The translations under genes were made by a program, and so were the position numbers. A DNA stretch of 64,000 bases from an uncultured Candidatus Saccharibacteria bacterium (GTDB taxonomy: Bacteria > Patescibacteriota > Saccharimonadia > Saccharimonadales > JAGQNJ01), in NCBI GenBank assembly GCA_964491925.1, contig CAZBGZ010000001.1, positions 257,621-321,620 of the forward strand. The letters run 5' to 3'. The notes beneath the pieces were generated by a model. The model was not told the origin of the DNA and did not search any database. It worked only from the letters and a program-made list of their open reading frames with translations. The stretch's first letter is position 1. Every line of letters starts with the position of its first letter. This document shows positions 1-9,897 of this stretch, piece by piece.

Positions 1-606
1 AAAGCGCTGACTGATGCGATATTGCCAGTTGTCGCAAAATTATCAGATAGTGTAGAAAAAGATCATTACCTGGATAAGCTGGCCGAACTACTAGGCATCG
101 AGAAAGACGCACTAATTCAAAAGCTGAAGGACAAAAAGACTGTCGGCTATGCCAAGCGCTTGAAAAAGGTTGATCCGCCAAAAACTACAAAAGCCGATGC
201 TGACACAATAAAAACCCAAAAAAACTTGCTGTCGCTTTGCTTCACCCATACAGAACTACGCAACAGCCTTAAACATCTAGAAAAAGACATGTTTTCTGAT
301 GAAAAAGCGGTGTTAGCATTCGTAAAACTAAAAAACTCTGACCAAGAGGGCAAGGAATTGTTTGAGGGGGACAATTATGGTAAAATATTGTCAGTATTAT
401 ATGAGGAACTGTACCAAAATCTCGACTATATAGAACTTCCGCACGAAGCGAATAGATTACAGATTGCGCTCATAAGAAATTACGCAGAAAAACAGAAGGC
501 AGAGCTGAGACTATTGATGCAAAATGCTAGTGAGGTTGAAAAAACAGAGCTACAAGCCAAGGATAAAGAATTGAACGAGTTACTAAAAAAAGCGAAGGAA
601 GAATAG
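1..606 (+). CDS. dnaG: DNA primase, C-terminal part (5' truncated by the window)
   Basis: Helical C-terminal region ('DSVEKDHYLDKLAELLG') directly upstream of rpoD, the classic dnaG-rpoD order. Confidence 0.75.
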   Translation, partial: KALTDAILPVVAKLSDSVEKDHYLDKLAELLGIEKDALIQKLKDKKTVGYAKRLKKVDPPKTTKADADTIKTQKNLLSLCFTHTELRNSLKHLEKDMFSDEKAVLAFVKLKNSDQEGKELFEGDNYGKILSVLYEELYQNLDYIELPHEANRLQIALIRNYAEKQKAELRLLMQNASEVEKTELQAKDKELNELLKKAKEE

Positions 607-612
607 ACACAT

Positions 613-1734
613 ATGGCAACTGACAAGAAGAAACTAACGGAAAAAGACATTGAAAGTATCAAGAAAAAGCTGGTGATTTCTGCCAAGAAAAAGGGCAAGA
701 TTGACCAACGTGATATTTTCAAAGCCATTCCAGATACCCCAGAAAACCTAGATATTCTGGAGGCTTTTTATAAAGAGCTAGAGGAAGAGGATGTCGTTGT
801 TATTGAGGCCACCGAACCTAAGGCGGATGATTTCACTGCCGAGTGGGTCCCTGAGGACGAGGAAGAAGAAGTTAAGCTCAGTGAACAAGTATATTTGGAT
901 GATGTGGCTGATGATTCTGTGCGTTTATACTTGCGGGAAATCGGAAAGATACCATTGCTAAAACCTGATGAGGAGCTAAAACTGGCCTACGAAGTTATTG
1001 CTGGCAAACGCCACGCAAAAGATAAGATGGCCGAGGCCAATATGCGTCTAGTGGTGTCTATTGCAAAGCGCTACGTTGGAAGAGGGCTAGATTTGCTTGA
1101 TCTTATTCAAGAAGGAAATACCGGCCTACTGCGTGCAGTAGAAAAGTTCGACCCGGACAAGGGATTCAAGTTTTCTACCTATGCAACGTGGTGGATTCGC
1201 CAGGCCATTACTAGGGCTATTGCTGACCAGGCACGAACAATCCGTATACCCGTCCACATGGTTGAAACAATAAATAAATTGCTCAGAACTCAACGACGAC
1301 TTACCCAGGAACTAAACCGCGAGCCAACAAATGAAGAAATTGCCAAAGAAATGGAAATTGACGTCGAAAAAGTAGAGCACATCATGAAGATTAAACAAGA
1401 TATTTCAAGCTTGGATGCATCAGTTCGTGAGGACGAAGAAGACAGTGTGCTAGGTGACTTTATCGAGGACGAAGACACGGTTACTCCAGAAGAATCTGCT
1501 ACTGGGTCGCTATTAAAAGAACACGTCAAAGACATGCTAGGTGCTCTGTCAGAGCGCGAGCAAAAAATCTTACGCCTACGGTTTGGCCTGGAAGATGGAC
1601 GCAGCCACACACTGGAAGAAGTAGGGCAAGAATTTAACGTTACACGCGAACGCATTAGACAAATCGAGGCTAAGGCATTAGCGAAACTGCGCAAACACAA
1701 AGATAGTAAAAAACTCCACGACTATATTAGTTAG
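613..1734 (+). CDS. rpoD: RNA polymerase primary sigma factor
   Basis: [45 protein letters not shown] and TLEEVG...[10 protein letters not shown] motifs. Confidence 0.98.
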   Translation: MATDKKKLTEKDIESIKKKLVISAKKKGKIDQRDIFKAIPDTPENLDILEAFYKELEEEDVVVIEATEPKADDFTAEWVPEDEEEEVKLSEQVYLDDVADDSVRLYLREIGKIPLLKPDEELKLAYEVIAGKRHAKDKMAEANMRLVVSIAKRYVGRGLDLLDLIQEGNTGLLRAVEKFDPDKGFKFSTYATWWIRQAITRAIADQARTIRIPVHMVETINKLLRTQRRLTQELNREPTNEEIAKEMEIDVEKVEHIMKIKQDISSLDASVREDEEDSVLGDFIEDEDTVTPEESATGSLLKEHVKDMLGALSEREQKILRLRFGLEDGRSHTLEEVGQEFNVTRERIRQIEAKALAKLRKHKDSKKLHDYIS

Positions 1735-1748
1735 CGGCTTCGCATTAT

Positions 1749-1798
1749 GAGAGGAGCTCCTCTCGTCTCGCCGACAAAATGAAATACATTTTAGTCGG
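1749..1798. repeat. Palindrome plus hairpin in the rpoD 3' intergenic region (terminator or REP-like)
   Basis: Perfect 16-bp palindrome gagaggagctcctctc (1749-1764) followed by stem-loop ccgac-aaaatg-aaata-catttt-a-gtcgg (1771-1798). Confidence 0.5.
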
Positions 1799-1840
1799 GC
1801 TGCTCTCCCCTAAATCCAAGAAAGGAAGTATCATAAGTCT

Positions 1841-2428
1841 ATGAAAATAATTGGTGTTTCTGGTACGAACGGAAGTGGCAAAGACACTATCGGGCATATG
1901 TTGAGTGAGCGCCACAATTGGCTATTCATATCAATGACAGATATGCTGCGTGACGAGTTAGAACAACGTGGATTGCCACCAGCGAGAGAACACATGAGAG
2001 AGCTTAGTGCGCAGTGGCGTAGGGAAAGTGGACTAGGCATACTAATAGATAAGTCTGTTGCTCTTTTCGAAAAACAATCAGGAAAATATGAAGGTCTAGT
2101 TGTTGCAAGCCTGAGGAACCCGGGCGAAGCAGACAGAATTCACGAACTGGGTGGTCAAGTTGTGTGGGTCGATGCTGACCCAATTGTCCGTTATAATCGC
2201 CTGCAAACCAACGCTGGCTCTAGGGGCCATAGGAGAGAAGTTGATGACAATAAAACATACGAACAATTTTTGAAAGAACAAGAAGCTGAGATGAAGCATT
2301 CTGGTGATGTAGCCACACTAAGCATAGGTGATGTAAAAAAACGAGCTGATATTTTTCTTGAAAATAATGGTAATGACATTGAAGTTTTCATGGATGAAGC
2401 AGAAAAAGCGCTCAACCGATTAACCTGA
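1841..2428 (+). CDS. P-loop nucleoside monophosphate kinase-like protein (adenylate/dephospho-CoA kinase-like)
   Basis: N-terminal IIGVSGTNGSGKDT Walker A; SLRNPGE; C-terminal ADIFLENNG. Confidence 0.75.
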   Translation: MKIIGVSGTNGSGKDTIGHMLSERHNWLFISMTDMLRDELEQRGLPPAREHMRELSAQWRRESGLGILIDKSVALFEKQSGKYEGLVVASLRNPGEADRIHELGGQVVWVDADPIVRYNRLQTNAGSRGHRREVDDNKTYEQFLKEQEAEMKHSGDVATLSIGDVKKRADIFLENNGNDIEVFMDEAEKALNRLT

Positions 2429-2443
2429 AGTATAATTATTGCT

Positions 2444-3553
2444 ATGCCTACAAGAACATTGGAGAAACCCGACATAGAGTTTTTTGCCCAGGAAATGGAA
2501 CACAACAAAAATCTTTTAGACACGGCTATATCTAGCTATTCTCAGCAAATCAAGAAGAGCACTTTACAATCATACGGCGCTCAATCTAGGGTTGCGGCAG
2601 ATGCATTTTTACAAATTCTTGGTCGTGGGGGCAAAAGAATTCGTGGTTCTCTAGCGATTGTTGGTTATAAAATGTGTGGCGGTCAAGATCTAGATATGAT
2701 TGTCAGGGCTGGTATGGCGCTAGAAATGATCCATGCCTATATATTAATTATGGATGATATCCAGGACCGTAGCCTTGTTCGCCGTGGCGGGGCATCTGCA
2801 CATGCGGGACTGGCACAATATCACAAGACGCACCACCTAGCTGGCGACTCTGACCACTTTGGGGTATCTATCGCCATGAATGCCATGGGGATTGGGAACC
2901 ATGCAGCACAAGTTATTGTTGCTAATCTGGATGCTGCCGAAGATTTACGGCTGAAAGCTTTGAGCATACTCAATCAAACGGTAATTGTTACAGCTCACGG
3001 ACAAACAAACGACATTATGAACGAAGTTAGTGGGGATGTGTCGATGCGGGATGTTGATAATGTTTTGCAGTGGAAAACGGCACATTATACATTCTTAAAT
3101 CCATTAACATTTGGTATGGTTTTGGCTGGTGCGGATTGTAGCTCTACGGATGCGATACGAGATTATTGTTTGCAAGCAGGTAGAGCATTCCAAATAACTG
3201 ATGATATTTTGGGGACATTTGGTGACGAGTTCGAAAGTGGGAAAAGCCCGTTGGACGATATTCGAGAAGGGAAACGAACAGTTCTTACTACGTATGCACT
3301 AGAAAAAAGTGATAAAGCTGATCAAAATTTTTTGACACAGATGTTGGGCAATCACGATTTGACATCACTTGAATTGAATCGTTGCAAAGAGATTCTTATT
3401 GATTGTGGCGCTTTGCAATATGCTCAGGAACAGGCAAACCAATCTATCGAAATAGCCCGGAAATCTCTCAACAAAGAAAAATCTAGGTGGACAGCGGATG
3501 GGGTTAGTTTTTTAAACGGACTGGCTGAATTTTTACTAACCAGGCGAGCATAA
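2444..3553 (+). CDS. Polyprenyl (GGPP/FPP) diphosphate synthase
   Basis: GGKRIRG, first Asp-rich motif DDIQD..RRG, GQ..D, KT, FQITDDILG, DIREGK. Confidence 0.92.
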   Translation: MPTRTLEKPDIEFFAQEMEHNKNLLDTAISSYSQQIKKSTLQSYGAQSRVAADAFLQILGRGGKRIRGSLAIVGYKMCGGQDLDMIVRAGMALEMIHAYILIMDDIQDRSLVRRGGASAHAGLAQYHKTHHLAGDSDHFGVSIAMNAMGIGNHAAQVIVANLDAAEDLRLKALSILNQTVIVTAHGQTNDIMNEVSGDVSMRDVDNVLQWKTAHYTFLNPLTFGMVLAGADCSSTDAIRDYCLQAGRAFQITDDILGTFGDEFESGKSPLDDIREGKRTVLTTYALEKSDKADQNFLTQMLGNHDLTSLELNRCKEILIDCGALQYAQEQANQSIEIARKSLNKEKSRWTADGVSFLNGLAEFLLTRRA

Positions 3554-4402
3554 GTGAGACTAGAAACTCGAATTTTTAAAAACGGTAGTACGACTTATTA
3601 TTTTAGTAGTAAGTTTTTCCCCAGAAAGATGCGCGAAGATGTCGCAGCCCTGTATAGTTTTGTTCGCACCGCCGACGACTATGTAGATAACAAACCAGCG
3701 CAAACAGAAAAACTGCTAAAATTAGAACAATATTACCTAGAGTCGATAAAGGTTAAATCTTTTGATTTTAGAGTTAAAAAAAATGATAGCGTAGACCAAC
3801 GAGTAGTAAAAAATGTAATTCGAGTATCAAGAAAATACGATTTTAAAAATGTATGGGTAGAATCTTTTATTGCTTCAATGAAGCAAGACATTAGCCCCAA
3901 AACTTATGAGACGCTCAGTGATTCGCTGGATTATGTTTACGGGTCCGCAGATGTAATAGGACTAATGATGGCCAAGATTATGGGCTTGCCGAACGAAGCC
4001 TCGAAATATGCCCAAACGCAGGGCAGGGCCATGCAGTGGATTAATTTTGTGCGGGATATTAAAGAAGACAATAGCTTGGGGCGTTGTTATTTCCCCGTTA
4101 CTGACCTAACAAAGTTTGGCCTAGATAGCCTTGACGAGCTAGAAGCGCACAAAAACCCAGAACAATTTAAAAAATTTATACGATTCCAAATCAAGCGCTA
4201 CTATAACTGGCAAACAGTAGCAAATAACGGCTTTAGATATATCCCAAGAAGGCTACGGATTCCTTTGCAGACGGCGGTTGATATGTATGCTTGGACCGCC
4301 GAGCAGATAGAAAAAGATCCACTTATTATTTTTGACCACAAGATTAAACCTCGTAAGCGTGATATCTTGCGTCGTGGTGCATACTTACGACGGAATCAAT
4401 AA
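3554..4402 (+). CDS. Phytoene/squalene synthase family protein (CrtB-like)
   Basis: LYSFVRTADDYVD, YVYGSADVIGLM, QWINFVRDIKED..LGRCYFP; starts immediately after the prenyl synthase stop. Confidence 0.9.
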   Translation: MRLETRIFKNGSTTYYFSSKFFPRKMREDVAALYSFVRTADDYVDNKPAQTEKLLKLEQYYLESIKVKSFDFRVKKNDSVDQRVVKNVIRVSRKYDFKNVWVESFIASMKQDISPKTYETLSDSLDYVYGSADVIGLMMAKIMGLPNEASKYAQTQGRAMQWINFVRDIKEDNSLGRCYFPVTDLTKFGLDSLDELEAHKNPEQFKKFIRFQIKRYYNWQTVANNGFRYIPRRLRIPLQTAVDMYAWTAEQIEKDPLIIFDHKIKPRKRDILRRGAYLRRNQ

Positions 4403-4440
4403 ACCATATCTTTGTAAAAGGGAGTCTAGAAAGCCAAGGT

Positions 4441-5010
4441 TTATTGTTGGCTGAGGTATTTTATTATTTCTGTTGAGTGTATAGGGTAGCCTATGATGCT
4501 GCGAATGACTTTTACCGTAGTGCGCACTTCTGTTCTGAATTCTGATGGTTCTTCTACTAAATCTTCAGCGAGAATAACATGAAATCCTTTGCCATTCGCG
4601 CCAAATGCTGTGCCTAAAACGCATCTAGACTCATAGCCACCAGTTAATATAACAGTTTTAATACCTTTAGATTTTAGAATATCGAACAACTTGGTATTAG
4701 CGAAAGCATCATAATAATATTTGGTTATTACAGTATCTTTTTCTGCTGGTCGTAACGTTGCATGGAAATCGAACGAGGACTGTTTTGAATGAGTAAGGTT
4801 GGGGTTAACCAGACCATCTAACTCCATTACAGTAGCAATATTTTCTGGTGACTCCTCAATATTTTCAATCATCTGGGTCCAGACAATTGGCAAACCGAGT
4901 TCTCGGCAGGTGTCAGTAAAAGTTTTCAGTTGGGGCAAGAATTGCTTTATTTTTTCTGTGTCCTTGTTAGAGCGTTCTAGGTAACCATGCTGCATATCTA
5001 TAACAAGCAC
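4441..5010 (-). CDS. Isochorismatase-like cysteine hydrolase
   Basis: LVIDMQ, ITKYYYDAF, G..SRCVLGTA (Asp-Lys-Cys triad); true start may lie upstream. Confidence 0.85.
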   Translation of the reverse strand: MLVIDMQHGYLERSNKDTEKIKQFLPQLKTFTDTCRELGLPIVWTQMIENIEESPENIATVMELDGLVNPNLTHSKQSSFDFHATLRPAEKDTVITKYYYDAFANTKLFDILKSKGIKTVILTGGYESRCVLGTAFGANGKGFHVILAEDLVEEPSEFRTEVRTTVKVIRSIIGYPIHSTEIIKYLSQQ

Positions 5011-5062
5011 GGCTGTATGATTTGGGTTTAGGACATTTTGTAGGGTAGCGATAACTAGTTTC

Positions 5063-5758
5063 CTATGCTGTTAAAATCCACTGGATAACCATGGCTTTAA
5101 TTTTACGGTACTCTGCTTCTTCGAACTGCATATTAGCAATACAAAATCGTTTACTGCGCATGTGCGAGCAGAACATGCATTCGAACATATCGTAGCAATC
5201 CTGAATAAAGAAACTGTTTGAGATTTTCCCAGACCAAATGATATTGAATGAATTTGAACATTCCTGGCTGTCTTCTATGCGTAGAGAGTAGGTATTGCTG
5301 TGTGAGCGTTGGCTAGCAGCTACGAACTCACATTTTTTTACTCCATCACAAAACGCTACATTTTTTGAAAAGTGGACATCCTGAGAACGATAAACGTTTT
5401 CAGAATTATAAACCATGTCACTCTCAACAGCGTTTATTGCTTCTATTTGTCTTTCCGTCGCCATTAGGTTTGTCTGTTGCCAAGCAGCCAGTATATCTTC
5501 CATAGTGTTGATAGGACGTTTTGGAATGAGCCATTCTGATTTTGCGTCTTCTGCGAAAGCATTTTTCATGGTAATAAATTTTTGAGGAGCGAGTGACTGA
5601 GCCCAAGTGACTTCTCCAGTGGTCGAATCATTTGTTTGTTTTGGCAAGCGAACGTCAAAGGCAAACTTCTGAATAAACTGGTCAATTGTGTATGGGTTTT
5701 TGAACCCAAAAACAGTTCCCGTGATTTTGTCTAGTATTGGCAATAGCTCTTTTTCCAT
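5063..5758 (-). CDS. Hypothetical protein with Cys/Ser-rich beta-repeats (CPR-type)
   Basis: Repeats such as SENVYRS, SKNVAFC, CSNSF, CYDMFECMFC and C-terminal FCIANMQFEEAEY; start taken at MEKELL. Confidence 0.6.
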   Translation of the reverse strand: MEKELLPILDKITGTVFGFKNPYTIDQFIQKFAFDVRLPKQTNDSTTGEVTWAQSLAPQKFITMKNAFAEDAKSEWLIPKRPINTMEDILAAWQQTNLMATERQIEAINAVESDMVYNSENVYRSQDVHFSKNVAFCDGVKKCEFVAASQRSHSNTYSLRIEDSQECSNSFNIIWSGKISNSFFIQDCYDMFECMFCSHMRSKRFCIANMQFEEAEYRKIKAMVIQWILTA

Positions 5759-5771
5759 TATTATCCTCTCT

Positions 5772-8048
5772 TTAATCTTTCTTGTTCGCATTAGCTGATT
5801 GTGATGCCAGCAGCTCGCTCAAGCTCATTGACGAGTACGAGTTGCCGTTTCCTGCGCCTGGCATTGGTGTATTCACCGAAGGTGACGAAATCATCGGCAT
5901 AGCAGCTGCTGGGGGCGAAACAACTGTTTGCCCAGAGTCGTTTTTGACTGCTTGGCGAATGGCTGGATCAATTTCTGGATTGTTTTCGGGGGCTAAATCA
6001 GGCGTTGCTTCAAAGTTGAAAGCCGGCTCTTTTTCAAAATCACTTGGTCCACCACCAGGACTGGGCGTCATTGGTATTTGTGGCCCAGGAGGTTGAAGGC
6101 CTAGATTGGGAGTATCAATTTTGGGTGCGTCGGACTGAGAAATTATTTTCGTGTTTGTACCTGTACCTGGGAAATCTTGAATACCTGCATCTGCAGCAAC
6201 AGCATCCGCTTCAACAAACTTCTTTGGTCTGGCATCTTTAACTTTTGGTGCTTTATATTCCTTTAAGTCACTCTCATTAATTTTTGGTTGGTGTGCTGAC
6301 ATCGTGCCAATATCCATGGTTCGACCCTTAAAACATGGCAAAACTTTTCCTTCTGAAGATAAACGACATAGACATTCACGAGGGTGAAGCTCGGTCATGT
6401 ATTTTATTTTTAGGGCCTCTTCTTTGACGCCTTTTGCTTTTTCGGCTGTTAAAATTTCTTTAGGTATTTCCATCTGTAAGTTACCAGCCAGGGCACGGGC
6501 ATCTTCTTCTGAGACCCGAAAAGCATAATAATTGTATACATTAGCGAATATTGCGTTTCGCAGGTCTTCTTCGACCTGGCCAAAGTATTGCTGTGTTAGC
6601 ATAACCGTCAGGTTGAACTTCCTGGCTTCTGACAATATTGATGCGAGGGCAGGGTTTTGGACAACCGATACCTCGTCGATTATCAGAATAACTCGCTCAT
6701 TAAAGGCTTTTGCCTGGGCTAGTAAGAATATTTGCTGCACAAGCAACCCGGCAACGGTTTTTACGACTTTTTCGCCCATACTGACTTTGTTCAAGGAGAA
6801 AACAGTTAAAAAGTTAGCCTGGATAAGCCTGGCTAGCGATTGTTCGCTCTCGTTTACTAGCGAAGGTTGCAACTGCATCTCATCAACCAGCGAGACAATT
6901 GGCAGGATGGCTTCGTTATAGTGTGTTGTGCGCATTTCATTAAAGTCAGTTCCAAAAAACTGTCGAATGTTGGGGGGTATGTGCTCGCCTGTATGAGAAA
7001 TTATTTGGTTTCTCAGGTCTAGTTCTGTCAAAAACCGCTTCAACATACCTAGTGACATTGCCTGACTAACGAACAATACGTATAGGCTAAACCGCAATAC
7101 TCGCTCTAGCCGTGCATTAAACTGGTCCGCTAGTAATGACTTCATCAGAGATACGGTCAACTCCGTTGCGGCAGATACATCTGTTTGTGTTTCGCCGCCG
7201 AACAATTCTGCTGCTTCATTAGCGAAGTTTACAATGTAGCTGTCCTCGACCTTTACCAGATCTTCGCGCAGACTGTCGTGAGGGTCGATAACTATTACTC
7301 GGTAGTTAGATTTTTGTGTAGTTTGTGCCAGACGATCGACATATAACTGAATAAACCTAGATTTACCACTGCCACTGGCACCGATTATGAAAGAGTGTTT
7401 ATCAAATTCGTAGTTGTTTAGCGGTAAATAGTAGTCTTTTTGCGAAAAAGGGAAACCGTTAATTGAAAACAACGCATTTGTATCCATAGGCTCAAACATC
7501 TGAACAGTTTTTTCTATGTTCAGGTATTTCGGTGGGGTTTTTCGTAGATATCCAGTGTTAACTTTGAAGTCTATTGCTAACAGGTGTGAAGGGAAGTTGA
7601 ATATCTTTTTGGTGGCAACTGTATATTTTCCACTAGCGCCCTTAAAGTATAGATTCAAAGAGGTTATCGCCGAGCTAGAGTTGACTGCACGAATATTGAA
7701 AACGGCGAACTGCATGTGTTTCCCGCGTTTGATTCCAGTTTTTTCCTTGAGATCTAAGATGTTTCCGCCAGTGATGAATTTGACGAAACCTTCGCGCGAG
7801 GCTTTCTCGGGTATTTTGAGCTCATCAGGGTTAAATGGACGCAACACACCAAAGTCAATGTTGTTAGATAGTTGTCCCAGGTCGCGCTTACTGGCCACAA
7901 AATATCGAATGACGTTTTCTTCGAAACCGATGATTATTTGATACTTTGGTAGTACACCGAGTTGTTCACAGATTATTGAGTGTAGCTGTCGCCAACGTTC
8001 TTGGGTTATTTCGTCAGTGGTTATGTATATTTCAAAAATATGTTCCAT
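5772..8048 (-). CDS. HerA/VirD4(TraG)-like P-loop ATPase with Pro-rich disordered tail
   Basis: HSFIIGASGSGKS, VIVIDPH, ILIIDEV, SEARKF...LTQQY motifs. Confidence 0.8.
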   Translation of the reverse strand: MEHIFEIYITTDEITQERWRQLHSIICEQLGVLPKYQIIIGFEENVIRYFVASKRDLGQLSNNIDFGVLRPFNPDELKIPEKASREGFVKFITGGNILDLKEKTGIKRGKHMQFAVFNIRAVNSSSAITSLNLYFKGASGKYTVATKKIFNFPSHLLAIDFKVNTGYLRKTPPKYLNIEKTVQMFEPMDTNALFSINGFPFSQKDYYLPLNNYEFDKHSFIIGASGSGKSRFIQLYVDRLAQTTQKSNYRVIVIDPHDSLREDLVKVEDSYIVNFANEAAELFGGETQTDVSAATELTVSLMKSLLADQFNARLERVLRFSLYVLFVSQAMSLGMLKRFLTELDLRNQIISHTGEHIPPNIRQFFGTDFNEMRTTHYNEAILPIVSLVDEMQLQPSLVNESEQSLARLIQANFLTVFSLNKVSMGEKVVKTVAGLLVQQIFLLAQAKAFNERVILIIDEVSVVQNPALASILSEARKFNLTVMLTQQYFGQVEEDLRNAIFANVYNYYAFRVSEEDARALAGNLQMEIPKEILTAEKAKGVKEEALKIKYMTELHPRECLCRLSSEGKVLPCFKGRTMDIGTMSAHQPKINESDLKEYKAPKVKDARPKKFVEADAVAADAGIQDFPGTGTNTKIISQSDAPKIDTPNLGLQPPGPQIPMTPSPGGGPSDFEKEPAFNFEATPDLAPENNPEIDPAIRQAVKNDSGQTVVSPPAAAMPMISSPSVNTPMPGAGNGNSYSSMSLSELLASQSANANKKD

Positions 8049-8391
8049 AGAACAGCAATCCTTAAACTCTAGTTTAACACCGCTATTGTTTTTACGGTAG
8101 GTTATAGCCGCCCCTATACAAAATTATCATTTTTGACTATTCCAGATAATCCAAAAACTACTTTTTTGTTTGCAGCGTATCCCAAGATACACTTTAGCCA
8201 AAGAGAGATAGTTTTTAGCTTCATCATCCGTTACTCAAAATTTGATAATTTTGTATAAGGGTGGTTATAGCAGCTAGCCTCAATAAATTTTGTCAAAAAA
8301 TTTCTGTCAACCATATACAAAACGCTAATGCTTGCGTACGTGAAACAAAAATATACAATTAAACCAAATCAGCTAATTAAGCGAGGGAACT

Positions 8392-9897
8392 ATGGCCGTA
8401 GATGCAACAACCATAACATCAGCTCAGGAACAGGCGGCAATGCAAATAGCGGTACAAATATATGGCGCTGAGGCAAAACAAAATGCAGCGGGCTTAATTA
8501 ATGAGTTGGGTGTACCAGATGAAGTTGGACAAATCGTTCTGGATGCTTTAGGAGCACGTATTGACGCGATTGCCGGATTTGGCGAAAGGCAAAAGGTGGC
8601 GGAGCTGTTGGCTGGTGCCGCCGATGTTTTAGGTAGGGCGGTTTCATCCGGCGCTAATATACAAACAGTTAATCTTCCTGTCGATATGACAGTACCGACA
8701 GACGATTCGTCAGGGTATGCCCTTGACGACACTCCTCCATCAGTTGTCGACTCAGGCGACAGAGAACCGGACATCGCTGGCATTGATACCGACAAAACCC
8801 TATTATGTAACCGGAAACCTAGCAAAGAAGATCCAAAAGAGGGCATTGAACCAGCTCCTGGAATACCCCAGGGGGATCAGGTGTTGACTGAAGCCCCAGC
8901 CCCCCTGTTGCCCTACGGACTAGAGCCAGCAGACGTACCCGCTGTCGCAACGCTAGACCCATTATTAAATCTGCCTGAAGGACAAAAACGGGAGCGTGTA
9001 TGGAGGCAAAACGAATTTTTAGTACATATCTTTGGCCCAAGCTGGGAGGATGCAATAGCCGGATTGACGTTGCCTCAAAGAATAGCGATTGGGGATGCTT
9101 TAGGTCGTATATACGAGGGCTTTGAGATACCAAGGCTCAAAGCACCAGGGGCAAAAGAAGAACGGGCGGAACAGATGAGATTGTTCCTCAGAGGGCATAC
9201 TCTAGATGAGATTTCAGGCAATTACGAAGGCATTTCACCAGGCGCAATTAAACAAAGATTGACGCCAGGAATGCATCACAGCATAACCAGTCGTGTAGAA
9301 CCGGAGATACTCGAAGCAATTATCGTAGACGTTACATCTACTGGGGTAGCTGCCAACGGTGTTAGTGATTCAGAGAATCTTGGTGTTGATGATCCCCGGG
9401 CTGGGGCTACCGAGACAGAGAAAGGTGACCAGCTTGGAGAACTCACGGGGCTATTGGATGTGGACGCCGCTAATATGCTTGTTGACGACGCCATAGAATC
9501 TGCGGCAGAACATATGCACATGAGTATTGATGCCGAAATAAAGACATTTAAAGCTTTGTTTAGCTTGTTCACTACTAAGAGGATTCGTACTGCAGATTTT
9601 GACGAAACTCGCGATGACATTAGATTAGCTCTTGAACTCGTTCGTGAAGGGACTGGTCTGATAGCAAAACAGCAACTATCCGTGATTGAGGTCGCAACAA
9701 TTATTGGTGTCATCGGCGAGAGCAACGAGGATGCGCAGATTTGGCAAGCAGTAAGACATCATTTGTATAATGATATGCCGGTGTTTGCTGAGGAAGTTGA
9801 CAGACTTGGCGGGTTAGATGGGGGCGGCGCCGAAAAAGTACTTGCGAAAGCTTTAACAAAACTTGGTCTAGCAAGAAGCTCGCAGATGGGGGCGTAG
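8392..9897 (+). CDS. Hypothetical acidic protein with a possible central HTH
   Basis: 501-aa ORF; 'QMRLFLRGHTLDEISGNYEGISPGAIKQRL' resembles a sigma-region-4/LuxR-type HTH. Confidence 0.55.
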   Translation: MAVDATTITSAQEQAAMQIAVQIYGAEAKQNAAGLINELGVPDEVGQIVLDALGARIDAIAGFGERQKVAELLAGAADVLGRAVSSGANIQTVNLPVDMTVPTDDSSGYALDDTPPSVVDSGDREPDIAGIDTDKTLLCNRKPSKEDPKEGIEPAPGIPQGDQVLTEAPAPLLPYGLEPADVPAVATLDPLLNLPEGQKRERVWRQNEFLVHIFGPSWEDAIAGLTLPQRIAIGDALGRIYEGFEIPRLKAPGAKEERAEQMRLFLRGHTLDEISGNYEGISPGAIKQRLTPGMHHSITSRVEPEILEAIIVDVTSTGVAANGVSDSENLGVDDPRAGATETEKGDQLGELTGLLDVDAANMLVDDAIESAAEHMHMSIDAEIKTFKALFSLFTTKRIRTADFDETRDDIRLALELVREGTGLIAKQQLSVIEVATIIGVIGESNEDAQIWQAVRHHLYNDMPVFAEEVDRLGGLDGGGAEKVLAKALTKLGLARSSQMGA

